Assembly: GCF_028285565.1 (NCBI RefSeq)
Contig: NZ_JANQOY010000021.1
Span: 1-20,058, forward strand
Reading direction: 5' to 3'
DNA length: 20,058 nt
DNA from: Acaryochloris sp. IP29b_bin.148
GTDB taxonomy: Bacteria > Cyanobacteriota > Cyanobacteriia > Thermosynechococcales > Thermosynechococcaceae
Part shown: positions 1 to 9,137 of the stretch, one piece after another
How the letters are laid out: each line of letters begins with the position of its first letter
How positions within the stretch are numbered: position 1 is the stretch's first letter
The notes under the pieces: generated by a model
Seen by the model: only the letters and a program-made list of their open reading frames with translations
The model's database searches: none
What the model was told of the DNA's origin: nothing
Program-made: the position numbers and the translations under genes

Positions 1-1
1 C

Positions 2-1183
2 GGTTCATCAGCAGCAGAAACGCTGGTAAAGGCTGGTATTGAGACTTATTTGTTTGAGCGTAAATTAGATAACGCCAAACCTTGTGGTGGTGCAATTCCG
101 CTATGCATGGTGGATGAATTTGATCTCCCCCTTGAGATTATTGACCGACAAGTTAGAAAGATGAGAATGATCTCTCCGTCTAACATTGAGGTCGATATCA
201 ATATCAAAAATGAGGGCGAATATATCGGCATGTGCCGTCGAGAAGTGTTAGACGGTTTTATGCGCGATCGCGCCGCTAAATTAGGTGCGAAGTTGATCAA
301 TGGTACGGTCAACAAGCTAGATTTCCCCACAGGGGCCAATCAGCCTTACACGATTCATTACGCTGACTTAACAGGCGGTCGGGCCGAAGGCGTCATGAAA
401 ACGCTCCAAGTCGATCTGGTGATTGGTGCAGATGGCGCTAACTCCAGAATCGCCAAAGAGATCAAAGCGGGCGACTACAACTATGCGATCGCATTCCAGG
501 AGCGCATTCGCCTTCCGGATGAATACATGGAGTACTACCAAGATCGTGCCGAAATGTACGTCGGCGACGATGTCTCCACTGACTTTTACGCTTGGGTCTT
601 CCCCAAATACGATCACGTTGCGGTTGGCACTGGCACCATGAAGGTCAATCAAGCCGACATCAAGAAGCTTCAGGCTGGAATTCGTGCTCGTGCGGCCCAT
701 CGCCTCGTCGGGGGTGAAATTATCAAAGTGGAAGCACACCCCATTCCTGAGCATCCTCGTCCTCGCCGGGTCGTCGGTCGGGTTGCCCTAGTCGGTGACG
801 CTGCCGGTACGGTCACCAAGTCTTCTGGCGAAGGCATCTATTTTGCCGCCAAGTCTGCTCGGATGTGTGCCGAAACCATCGTTGAGTTTTCCAACAATGG
901 TCAACGCGTTCCCACCGAAGATGAACTCAAGATTTATCTCAAGCGTTGGGATAAAGCCTACGGCATGACCTATAAGGTTCTCGATATTTTGCAGCGGGTC
1001 TTCTATCGCTCCGATGCCACTCGAGAAGCGTTTGTGGAAATGTGTGCCGATGAAGACGTCCAACAAATGACCTTCGACAGTTATTTGTATAAGACGGTGG
1101 TTCCCATGAATCCCATCAAGCAAATCAAGATTACCGCTAAAACTATCGGTAGCTTGATCCGCGGTAACGCCTTGGCTCCTTAA
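2..1183 (+). CDS. chlP: Geranylgeranyl reductase ChlP, 5' end outside window
   Basis: Frame 2 is open from base 2 (GSSAAETLVKAGIETYLFERKLDNAKPCGGAIPLCMVDEFDLP...); FAD-binding reductase motifs VIGADGANSRIAKE and GRVALVGDAAGTVTKSSGEGIYFA; ChlP-like C-terminus TIGSLIRGNALAP. Confidence 0.96.
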   Translation, partial: GSSAAETLVKAGIETYLFERKLDNAKPCGGAIPLCMVDEFDLPLEIIDRQVRKMRMISPSNIEVDINIKNEGEYIGMCRREVLDGFMRDRAAKLGAKLINGTVNKLDFPTGANQPYTIHYADLTGGRAEGVMKTLQVDLVIGADGANSRIAKEIKAGDYNYAIAFQERIRLPDEYMEYYQDRAEMYVGDDVSTDFYAWVFPKYDHVAVGTGTMKVNQADIKKLQAGIRARAAHRLVGGEIIKVEAHPIPEHPRPRRVVGRVALVGDAAGTVTKSSGEGIYFAAKSARMCAETIVEFSNNGQRVPTEDELKIYLKRWDKAYGMTYKVLDILQRVFYRSDATREAFVEMCADEDVQQMTFDSYLYKTVVPMNPIKQIKITAKTIGSLIRGNALAP

Positions 1184-1215
1184 ACTTAGGTTTTAAGTCT
1201 ATTTAAGCCTTGAGT

Positions 1216-1255
1216 CATCAGCCCTTTAGCGAATAGCTAAAGGGCTGATGTTTTT
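1216..1255 (+). terminator. Rho-independent terminator of chlP
   Basis: Perfect 15-bp stem CATCAGCCCTTTAGC (1216-1230) / GCTAAAGGGCTGATG (1236-1250), loop GAATA, followed by TTTTT, 33 nt after the chlP stop. Confidence 0.93.
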
Positions 1256-1297
1256 GAATAGCAAAAGACGAGGAAGTACACCCAAAAGCTGGGTCCA

Positions 1298-1630
1298 TTA
1301 AGGATTTAAAACCTTGACTTGAATACCGTCATGATCCTCGTTGTCAGGAACACCTCCTGGCTTTTCCGGCCCTGGTGTGAGCTTGACTTGCGGTGGCAAA
1401 CCGACATTAATCTCCTGTGGTTCAGGCAGCTGCTTGGGCTGAGGCTGCCAAGAGCGCAGCCCTACTTCTTGTACACCTAAGACTTGTGCATCACCCGCTT
1501 TAGGTGAGATCTGCCCCTCTTGTTGCCGTTGTTGCGCTTTAGCATATTCTCCTCCTATGCTAATCAACACTGTGAAGGCCGTTATGTAAACCAACGTTGA
1601 TTTAAACATCGTTTTAGCTCTCTTTATCAA
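1298..1630 (-). CDS. Small exported proline-rich hypothetical protein
   Basis: 110-aa ORF with N-terminal signal-like segment (MFKSTLVYITAFTVLISIGGEYAKAQ) and Pro/Gln-rich mature part; an internal Met would put the start at 1609. Confidence 0.6.
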   Translation of the reverse strand: MIKRAKTMFKSTLVYITAFTVLISIGGEYAKAQQRQQEGQISPKAGDAQVLGVQEVGLRSWQPQPKQLPEPQEINVGLPPQVKLTPGPEKPGGVPDNEDHDGIQVKVLNP

Positions 1631-1919
1631 TGGGTAAACCCACTAAACGACTGTCTCTCTTAAGTTAAAGACTTGCGTTCATCTACCCGTTTTAGTTTTA
1701 AAAAATCAATCGAATCTTCCCCAGATAGTTCTATTTTAATCAACAGAATTGCCGCTGTTTTGTCTCTGCAGAATGAAACAGTCAAATTAAATTTTTTCTT
1801 TAGCTTGTGTTGATAGGGGTCAACTCAGACGGGTGAAGCAATCGCAAGTCAGGATCCCCTACCGGTCGGTGTATTGCAGACCCTTTATCCTGAAGGGAGA
1901 GACAAGCAAGGAGCCGGGT

Positions 1920-2699
1920 ATGGCTGTAACCATTCATCAATTGCGACAGTTGAAACAGCAAGGTCGGCCGATATCCGTACTGACAGCTTGGGACTTTGCT
2001 CTAGCCACCCTCATCGATCAAGCCGGTGTTGATGTGGTCTTGGTGGGAGACTCATTGGCGATGGTTGCCCTAGGTTACTCAACCACGCTGTCTCTCACCC
2101 TAGAAGAAATGCTCTATCACGCCCAAGCGGTTACCCGAGGTGTCAATCATGCCCTTGTGGTCTGTGATTTGCCATTTATGAGCTACCAAGAAAGCCCCCA
2201 ACAGGCGCTGAAAAGTGCAGGAACCTTGTTACAGCAAGCAGGGGTTGCAGCGGTCAAAGTGGAAGGCGGATACCCGGATATGGTCGAAACGGTCCGCTTC
2301 TTGGTGAACCGGGGGATTCCGGTGATGGGCCATGTCGGTTTAACGCCCCAGTCTGTCCATCAGTTCAGCGGTTATCGCCGTCAAGGCACTTCCGAAGTCG
2401 ATGCAGACCGGATTCTACAAGAAGCCATTGCTTTGGAACAGGCTGGTGCCTTTGCCATCGTTCTTGAGCATATGCCAACGCCTCTGGCGGCCAAGATTAC
2501 GCAAACGCTCACCATCCCCACCATTGGGATTGGCGCAGGTTCCGCCTGTGATGGCCAAGTGCTGGTCACGGCAGACATGCTGGGGTTATCCGATTGGCAG
2601 CCCCCCTTTGCCAAATCCTATGGGAATCTGCGGCAATCGATCATAGAAACAGTGCAACAATATTGCGACGAGGTGCGCAATCATCAGTTTCCCCAATAA
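1920..2699 (+). CDS. panB: 3-methyl-2-oxobutanoate hydroxymethyltransferase (PanB)
   Basis: [53 protein letters not shown]..., [37 protein letters not shown] track opens at 1833, but homology starts at the Met at 1920. Confidence 0.96.
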   Translation: MAVTIHQLRQLKQQGRPISVLTAWDFALATLIDQAGVDVVLVGDSLAMVALGYSTTLSLTLEEMLYHAQAVTRGVNHALVVCDLPFMSYQESPQQALKSAGTLLQQAGVAAVKVEGGYPDMVETVRFLVNRGIPVMGHVGLTPQSVHQFSGYRRQGTSEVDADRILQEAIALEQAGAFAIVLEHMPTPLAAKITQTLTIPTIGIGAGSACDGQVLVTADMLGLSDWQPPFAKSYGNLRQSIIETVQQYCDEVRNHQFPQ

Positions 2700-2809
2700 T
2701 GTTTCTCAAACTCCATGCCAGATCAGGGTGAGATGCCCCGCTGAAAACGAAGAGAAAACGATAAGGTAATAAGGTAGAGATGTGGCCTAGCTGGGAAAGG
2801 AACGGATGA

Positions 2810-3454
2810 ATGCCGATCATCGCTGTGATTGATTACGATATGGGCAATCTGCATTCAGCCTGTAAAGGACTGCAAGAAGCCGGAGCACAGACAATTGTCA
2901 GCGATCGTCCAGAGGATTTGGTCTCTGCGGATGCGGTGGTTTTGCCTGGGGTGGGTGCCTTTGATCCGGCCATGCGGCATTTGCGATCGCGTCATCTTAT
3001 CCCCGTCATCCAAGACATTCTCGCCAGCGGTAAACCCTTTCTCGGTATTTGCTTAGGACTTCAAATTTTGTTCGAAGGCAGCGAAGAAGGGACAGAAGCA
3101 GGCTTAGGCATTATTCCTGGCACCGTCAAGCGGTTTCAATCCGAACCCGGTATTACCATCCCTCATATGGGTTGGAACCAGCTGGAGTATCAACAGCCTG
3201 ACCTGCCCCTATGGCGACACTCTCCTGCCCAACCTTGGGTCTATTTCGTCCACTCCTATTACGTTGACCCCGTTGACCCCACCGTTAAAGCCGCCACCGT
3301 TACCCACGGCACCCAAACCATTACCGCCGCCATCGCCCACGATAACTTGATGGCGGTCCAGTTTCACCCCGAAAAATCATCCACCTTCGGGCTCCAAATT
3401 CTGGCTAATTTTGTTGAGCAGGTACAGGCCACGCTGGTAACTCCAGCCCTCTAG
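2810..3454 (+). CDS. hisH: Imidazole glycerol phosphate synthase, glutamine amidotransferase subunit
   Basis: IAVIDYDMGNLHSACKGLQEAGA, class I amidotransferase nucleophile motif GICLGLQ, PHMGWNQL, VQFHPEKSS. Confidence 0.96.
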   Translation: MPIIAVIDYDMGNLHSACKGLQEAGAQTIVSDRPEDLVSADAVVLPGVGAFDPAMRHLRSRHLIPVIQDILASGKPFLGICLGLQILFEGSEEGTEAGLGIIPGTVKRFQSEPGITIPHMGWNQLEYQQPDLPLWRHSPAQPWVYFVHSYYVDPVDPTVKAATVTHGTQTITAAIAHDNLMAVQFHPEKSSTFGLQILANFVEQVQATLVTPAL

Positions 3455-3460
3455 ACCCCC

Positions 3461-3973
3461 ATGAATTACTTAATTGCGGTCCTTCCTGATCGAATTCAAG
3501 CAGAAGCAGCCTATACCGATTTAGAAAAAGCCGGGATTCCACTCAGCCAACTGTCTTTGTTGGGAAGAGGCTATAAAAGTGCCGATGAATTTGGCTTTAT
3601 TGACCCGAAGCAACCTGCCCGCAAGCAAGCTCGACGGTTGATGAACTTTTCGATTCCAATTGGATTCATGTGTGGGGCCACCTTTGAGTTATATACAGGG
3701 GTGCGCTTGTTTTCAGGGATGGGCACCGTCATTAATGTTGTGCTGGGTGGACTGCTCGGCGCTTCTTTTGGTGCCTTTGGCGGACTGTTCTCCGGTGGGT
3801 TGACGGGTTTAACCACCGGCAGTGGAGATGCCCTGGTGTATCGCAATCGTTTGAGTGCCGGAAAATATATTGTGGTGGTCAAAGGTCCTGAACCACTGAC
3901 CCGCAAAGCCACTAATATTCTGCGGGCATATGACCCCGAAAATATCCAAGGTTATGTTGAACCGCCAGACTGA
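3461..3973 (+). CDS. Hypothetical membrane protein with glycine-rich (glycine-zipper-like) segment
   Basis: N-terminal soluble part (AVLPDRIQAEAAYTDLEKAGIPLSQLSLLGRG) followed by VVLGGLLGASFGAFGGLFSGGLTGL; 6-nt gap after hisH and 1-nt overlap (TGATG) with rsmD. Confidence 0.75.
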   Translation: MNYLIAVLPDRIQAEAAYTDLEKAGIPLSQLSLLGRGYKSADEFGFIDPKQPARKQARRLMNFSIPIGFMCGATFELYTGVRLFSGMGTVINVVLGGLLGASFGAFGGLFSGGLTGLTTGSGDALVYRNRLSAGKYIVVVKGPEPLTRKATNILRAYDPENIQGYVEPPD

Positions 3974-4518
3974 TGGTCAGAATTTACGGTAACCGTCAGA
4001 TTAAAACCTTGCCAGGTTTACAGACTCGCCCGACTACTGCGCGGGTGCGAGAGGCTCTGTTTAATCGCTGGCAACATCACCTGCAGGGTTGTCACTGGCT
4101 AGATCTCTGTGCTGGCAGTGGATCGATGGGGGCTGAAGCCCTCTGTCGAGAGGCCGCAGTCGTTTATGGCATTGAACAAACTGGGGAGGCTTGCCGCATC
4201 ATTCGCCAGAATTGGCAATCTGTAGCGAAGCCCACGCAAACTTTCCAAGTACTGCGGGGAGACGTCATCAAAAGGCTGATGAAACTGACGGGCCAGTCCT
4301 TTGATTTGATTTATTTCGATCCGCCCTATGATGGTGGCTTATATGAGGGGGTATTGGCTGCGATCGCAACCCATCACATCCTCAAACCCACGGGAGAACT
4401 GGCTGTAGAACATCACCCTAAAAAAACATTATCGTTGCCAGCAAAACTGACCACTTGCCATACACGCACGTATGGCAATACAAAGCTAACCTTTGTTCAA
4501 GCTGCCACGACCCTATAA
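3973..4518 (+). CDS. rsmD: 16S rRNA (guanine(966)-N(2))-methyltransferase RsmD
   Basis: RPTTARVREALFNRW, WLDLCAGSGSMGAEALCR, catalytic DPPYDGGLY. Confidence 0.93.
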   Translation: MVRIYGNRQIKTLPGLQTRPTTARVREALFNRWQHHLQGCHWLDLCAGSGSMGAEALCREAAVVYGIEQTGEACRIIRQNWQSVAKPTQTFQVLRGDVIKRLMKLTGQSFDLIYFDPPYDGGLYEGVLAAIATHHILKPTGELAVEHHPKKTLSLPAKLTTCHTRTYGNTKLTFVQAATTL

Positions 4519-4618
4519 CCCCACGTTGGGTTTAGCCTGCTTTGAAGCGCTTTTACCCAAACGCAAGGATGGCAGTCTAGACAAGAATTAGGGTCTCAGC
4601 TAATTCCAAACGTGACCT

Positions 4619-4655
4619 AAAAACAATTAGAGAGACAAGCAAAGCTTGTCTCTCT
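4619..4655 (-). terminator. Probable rho-independent terminator of petG
   Basis: Perfect 12-bp stem AGAGAGACAAGC (4629-4640) / GCTTGTCTCTCT (4644-4655), loop AAA; on the minus strand it is followed by AATTGTTTTT, downstream of the petG stop. Confidence 0.8.
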
Positions 4656-4724
4656 ATCACTCATCGCTAATACGTATTAAGGCAACAACTCTTATGAATT
4701 GACCTTTAGTCCGACTGAAGAGCG

Positions 4725-4835
4725 TTAGCCTACCTCTTCTCCACGCTTGTACTGTTGCCATGCAGCGACAAACAATCCGGCCAGGGTCACAGGAACTAGG
4801 CCCAGAACAATACCTGCTAAGAGAGGTTCTACCAC
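4725..4835 (-). CDS. petG: Cytochrome b6-f complex subunit 5 (PetG)
   Basis: Reverse complement encodes (GTG)[36 protein letters not shown], a characteristic 36-aa PetG; absent from the supplied ORF track. AAGGAG ribosome-binding site upstream. Confidence 0.95.
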   Translation of the reverse strand: MVEPLLAGIVLGLVPVTLAGLFVAAWQQYKRGEEVG

Positions 4836-4884
4836 GGTGATAACTCCTTTATGTACGCATTAGAGCAGCGTCTATATCATTTTA

Positions 4885-4913
4885 ACTCTAATCACCTTTG
4901 GGACCCTTGACAA
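4885..4913 (-). promoter_or_regulatory. Candidate petG promoter
   Basis: Minus strand TTGTCA (4913-4908), 17-bp spacer, TAGAGT (4890-4885). Confidence 0.4.
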
Positions 4914-5106
4914 GAGCGCTAATCCTCTTGATTAGCCCCGACCCTACCCGAAGCTGCTGATCTGGGTTGTTATCATAAACAAAATAACCAAAGCTAACCG
5001 TGATCGAAAACTGAAACAACCACTTGCTTTCTTCGTCTTAACGGTAAGATCCTTGTAGTCAAGCGACTGGAATACTCAGTCCTGCTCTCCATCTTTTTTC
5101 TTCTCA

Positions 5107-6552
5107 GTGTCTATGAACGGCTCATCTAAAAACAGTTTTTCGAAGTCTTGGCAGCAACCCGGCAACATCGCCTTAATGGCGTCCATGATTGCTCACGGTA
5201 TCTTTGCCATCTACGCTGGACAAGCCTTTGAACTCACCACTGACCCACAAATCAGGACCAAAAAGCTGAGAGTAGTGAGTCTGTTACAAACCCCTCCCAA
5301 TCAACCTGCCCGTTCTAACCAACCCTTCGATCCCGATGCTCCCCCACCGGCTCCCGGCGTTGCAGGTTTACCACTCAATATCACTTCGGCTGATGGTTTG
5401 CCTGACCTCCCTGGCGCTGGTGCTCCTAGTGCGCCTAATCCAGCCTTTGACCCTTTTGCGTCTTCTGTAGTTGAAATATCGCCCCAAACACCTTCTTCAC
5501 CCATTACGCCTAACTCTGTGGCCCAGGCACCCCCTAATAATGGATCTGCCAATACCACACCAAAATCCGATAACAATGGACCGACTCTCAGTGATGAAGA
5601 CTTTGAGAATTGGCTCAATGGCGCTGATCGGTTACCTGCGCTGGCCGGCGACCCTAGGGTTAGTAACTCTTTACCCTCCCCTGGGGCTCCCACAGGCCCG
5701 GTTGCCAATAATACGGCTTCTCTCCTGTCCGATAACGTGGGCGGTGCAAACAGTAATTCGGTGAATTCGAGTAATGGCGCTGTCCAACCGACACGAAAAG
5801 AGCTAGCCCCTCCTGGTGAAACCGTCACCCGAACCATTGCCTACGATTATCCAAAAGCAGCTTGTAAAGATCGCTTGGAAGGAAAAGCAGAGTACAGAAT
5901 CTGGGTGACTCCACAAGCAACCCCATATGTGTCTGATATTACGATCTCCACTGAATCTCCTATCCTCGATCAAGCAGTCAAAACAGCAGCCCAGAAATAC
6001 AAAATCACGGCAGATGACGCTAGTAAGCTGGTTATTTTGCCCTTCGATATCAAGTATTCTCAGAAAGCTTGCGAGCAGAAAGACACAACCCCCTCTTCTG
6101 AACCAACACTTGATCCAAAGACGCCTAAGCCATCTGAGCCCCCTGCGGCCAGCCCTACACCCCTCTCTGAGGATAAACCCAGCCCCCCCAGCCCAGAGGT
6201 CCCCTCGCCGGCACCGAGTCCAGCGGCACCCGCAGGGTCACCACCTACTGCCCCTGTAGAGCAACCCACACCCTCGCCGCTCCCTAATCCGCCTCAACTG
6301 ACGCCCCTCTCTCCCCAACCTGCAGTTCAGCCGCCTGTACCGAAACCACCGTCTTCCAGTCCAGCACAGTCTCCTGAGCCTTTGCAAGCGCCACCTAGCA
6401 ATTCAGAAGAGCCCTCTTTAAAGGCTCCGACTGCACCGACTGATACAGCTGAACCAACCCCATTGGCGCCACCCGCAGCTGCACCAGCCACCGAGCCTTC
6501 ATCAGTGCCTACACCTGGCACGACAGACACGCAGGCAGCACCTGCTAACTAA
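5107..6552 (+). CDS. Proline-rich TonB-like protein with internal C-terminal-type TonB domain and long Pro/Ser tail
   Basis: One N-terminal hydrophobic segment (NIALMASMIAHGIFAIYAGQAF), Pro-rich spacer, domain KDRLEGKAEYRIWVTPQATPYVSDITISTESPILDQAVKTAAQKY resembling TonB C-terminal folds, then ~150 aa of Pro/Ser/Ala repeats. Confidence 0.65.
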   Translation: MSMNGSSKNSFSKSWQQPGNIALMASMIAHGIFAIYAGQAFELTTDPQIRTKKLRVVSLLQTPPNQPARSNQPFDPDAPPPAPGVAGLPLNITSADGLPDLPGAGAPSAPNPAFDPFASSVVEISPQTPSSPITPNSVAQAPPNNGSANTTPKSDNNGPTLSDEDFENWLNGADRLPALAGDPRVSNSLPSPGAPTGPVANNTASLLSDNVGGANSNSVNSSNGAVQPTRKELAPPGETVTRTIAYDYPKAACKDRLEGKAEYRIWVTPQATPYVSDITISTESPILDQAVKTAAQKYKITADDASKLVILPFDIKYSQKACEQKDTTPSSEPTLDPKTPKPSEPPAASPTPLSEDKPSPPSPEVPSPAPSPAAPAGSPPTAPVEQPTPSPLPNPPQLTPLSPQPAVQPPVPKPPSSSPAQSPEPLQAPPSNSEEPSLKAPTAPTDTAEPTPLAPPAAAPATEPSSVPTPGTTDTQAAPAN

Positions 6553-6790
6553 TGTTCATATCCAAGCGGGAGCCGCTGATCGCCAACGCGATTACTGTAT
6601 ATCCTGGTACTCCATCCCAGTCATTGACCGTCTGACAACTGGGACAACGCCTAACGTCCAAGGGCAATGACTTCAGCACATGCTTGCAATGGTTACACGT
6701 CTTGCTCGACGGATACCACTGGTCTACATCGGCAACAGTCTTGCCCTTCAAAGAAGGGCAACGAACGCTAGAATTTTTAGAATTCACGGC
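6545..6790 (-). pseudogene. Remnant of IS200/IS605-family TnpB (C-terminal zinc-finger region)
   Basis: KTVADVDQWYPSSKTCNHCKHVLKSLPLDVRRCPSCQTVNDWD matches the TnpB zinc ribbon (YPSSKTC..CG..L.LS.R...CP.CG...DRD); the N-terminal ~80% is missing and DRD has become DWD followed by unrelated sequence. Confidence 0.85.
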
Positions 6791-7040
6791 AGGCCAGATC
6801 ACTCGGGTTATGCTGCCGAACGCTGGGAACTATCAACGGCTCAATAGGTGAGAGGACCTGAATCCGTCGGCTATTTACGAGCATGCGTTGTTCTGTTGTT
6901 CTGCCAATTGTCTACTTTATGTAACTGATGGGGCAGAATAGATTCATAACTTTGTGTAAGCTACATATAGATACATCCGCTCTTCCACCTCAAACCGCTT
7001 ATCCAACCTTAATGATTCCAACACTAAAGGCTGCAAATCG

Positions 7041-7784
7041 ATGAGCAGTTTGCTGGCACATCGCCTCAAGGACGGGACCAAACAGGCCCATTCCCTCGCA
7101 GAGAATGCGGGATTTATCCGTTGTTTCCTCAAAGGAGCGGTGGAAAAAACATCTTATCGCCAGCTTTTGAGTGATTTTTACTTTGTCTATACTGCTCTTG
7201 AAGAAGAGATGGTCGCGCAGCAACACCATCCGCTTTTGAGTCATTTATATTTTACAGAACTCCACCGAAAAAGTAGTCTGGCAAAAGATCTGAGCTACTA
7301 TTGGGGGAATGCTTGGCAAGAGGTGATTACTCCTTCCGATGCTGCTCAGCGCTATGTGGAAAGAATCCATGCGGTTGCGATCGCAGATCCCATTCTCCTC
7401 ATTGCCCATAGCTATACCCGTTATCTCGGAGATCTGTCAGGCGGGCAACTGCTGAAAAAGCTCGCACAACGAGGCATGAATCTTCCCCCAGGCCACGGCA
7501 TTGCCTTTTATGAGTTTGAGGATATTCAGAATCCGAAAGCCTTTAAGGCTAAGTATCGGCAAGCTTTAAACCACTTGTCCTTAGATGAGAGTGCGATCAC
7601 TCAAATTGTGGATGAAGCGAATCTCGCCTTCCAGTTGAATATGGCCTTATTCCAAGATGTGGAAGGGAGTCTGATCCAAGCGATTGGCCAGATGATTTTC
7701 AACCATCTGACTCGTTCTCGCCGAAACAACGCTTCCCAGTGGTCTGCAGATCTGACAGAGACGACAGGACTACAGCCCGACTAA
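7041..7784 (+). CDS. ho: Heme oxygenase (biliverdin-producing)
   Basis: LKDGTKQAHSLAENAGFIRCFLKG, YLGDLSGGQLLKKLA, FEDIQNPKAFKAKYRQAL, ANLAFQLNMALFQDVE. Confidence 0.95.
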   Translation: MSSLLAHRLKDGTKQAHSLAENAGFIRCFLKGAVEKTSYRQLLSDFYFVYTALEEEMVAQQHHPLLSHLYFTELHRKSSLAKDLSYYWGNAWQEVITPSDAAQRYVERIHAVAIADPILLIAHSYTRYLGDLSGGQLLKKLAQRGMNLPPGHGIAFYEFEDIQNPKAFKAKYRQALNHLSLDESAITQIVDEANLAFQLNMALFQDVEGSLIQAIGQMIFNHLTRSRRNNASQWSADLTETTGLQPD

Positions 7785-8035
7785 CCGCACTCACACCAGG
7801 TTTAGTGCCGCTGATCGAGAGAACTGAATCAAGCACTTATTCGCCGCAACCGCAGGATCTGGCATTATTTCTTGCGCTACATCTTCTTGCGAACTTGCTC
7901 ACAGGATCGGATCCAGCAATACAACGGCCTGAAGGGCAATGATATATCCGTCTATGTCTTAGGGACGGGGAACGTTACAATCTGGAAGCTGAGGTTGGTG
8001 CCCATTTCAACACCGTGTCGAACCTAAAGGAATCT

Positions 8036-8926
8036 ATGACACCTCATTCTGTGCCTTTTGAGCATATTTCAGTCTTGAGTCAAGAACTGATGGCAGGGGT
8101 GTTGACTAGCGAACAAGGCTTATATTTAGATGCCACCGTTGGGGGGGGAGGACATAGCGCCCTGATTTTGGAGCACTGTCCGCGGGCGCAAGTGATTGCC
8201 CTGGATCAAGATATTCAAGCACTGGATGCCGCTCGGGCAAGGCTGGCAGACGAGTGCGATCGCATCCAGTTTTGGCACGGAAATTTTTCAGCCTATCATC
8301 CGGGCGATCTGCGCTTTGATGGCATTATTGCCGATTTAGGCGTCAGTTCTGCCCAACTGGATCGCCCGGAACGGGGCTTTAGTTTTCGGTACGAAGCAGA
8401 TTTAGATATGCGCATGGATCAGGGCCAGGCCCTCACCGCGGCCCAGATTATCAACACCTATTCAGAACGGGAGCTAGCCGACCTCTTCTATCACTATGGA
8501 GAAGAGCGATTTTCGCGACGAATTGCCCGCAAAATTGTCTCCAGACGTCCCCTAACCACCACCACTCATCTGGCACAGATCGTGGCGTCTACGCTGCCCG
8601 CTGGCAAAGGACGTCACCGTCGCATCCACCCAGCAACCCGAGTCTTTCAAGCTCTACGGATTGCCGTCAATCAGGAATTACAGGTTTTGGCAGACTTTAT
8701 AGAGGTAGCCCCGACCTGGCTGAGACCCGGTGGCAGAATCGGCATTATTAGTTTTCATAGCTTGGAAGATCGGATTGTTAAACACCACTTTCGCCAACAT
8801 CCATTACTTCAAGTGATCACTAAAAAACCGCTGGTGGCATCCGAACAGGAAAAAACACAAAATAGCCGATCTCGGTCCGCTAAATTGCGGATTGCGGAAA
8901 GGGTTGAGGCTACGAGTGCGTCTTGA
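8036..8926 (+). CDS. rsmH: 16S rRNA (cytosine(1402)-N(4))-methyltransferase
   Basis: [82 protein letters not shown] track opens at 8015; the ATG at 8036 has AAAGG upstream. Confidence 0.95.
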   Translation: MTPHSVPFEHISVLSQELMAGVLTSEQGLYLDATVGGGGHSALILEHCPRAQVIALDQDIQALDAARARLADECDRIQFWHGNFSAYHPGDLRFDGIIADLGVSSAQLDRPERGFSFRYEADLDMRMDQGQALTAAQIINTYSERELADLFYHYGEERFSRRIARKIVSRRPLTTTTHLAQIVASTLPAGKGRHRRIHPATRVFQALRIAVNQELQVLADFIEVAPTWLRPGGRIGIISFHSLEDRIVKHHFRQHPLLQVITKKPLVASEQEKTQNSRSRSAKLRIAERVEATSAS

Positions 8927-9051
8927 CACAGGATGGAGGGGGGCGACCATCAGGCTCGATGGATGACAACCCCAATCAAATTGTCTGTCTACGAATTAAT
9001 CCTCTCAAACTGTAAACAAAAGATAAGTATTCTGGAAACTTTTGTGAATTT

Positions 9052-9068
9052 ATGCATTTATAATGCAT
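9052..9068 (+). promoter_or_regulatory. Perfect inverted repeat overlapping a consensus -10 box upstream of the FtsL-like/ftsI genes
   Basis: ATGCATT-TAT-AATGCAT (7-bp arms) containing TATAAT at 9059-9064. Confidence 0.45.
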
Positions 9069-9137
9069 GTGGCAGCTCCTAAAAACCGAGTTCCCACACC
9101 CATTACCCGTCTTTTTCTTGGGCTTGAGGAGTTGATT

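Noticed and set aside
423-1123. Long ORFs on both strands inside chlP (368..754 -, 423..641 +, 788..1123 -)
   Set aside because: They are frame shadows of the strongly supported chlP reading frame and show no recognisable domains.
5301-6530. Multiple Gly/Pro/Ser-rich ORFs overlapping the TonB-like gene
   Set aside because: These are low-complexity shadows of Pro-rich coding sequence, not independent genes.
7739-8014. ORFs after heme oxygenase, including an unlisted open frame ELNQALIRRNRRIWHYFLRYIFLRTCSQ...
   Set aside because: No plausible in-frame start and RBS for the latter, no recognised family, and the listed ORF overlaps the ho 3' end. Possibly decayed sequence, but unsupported.
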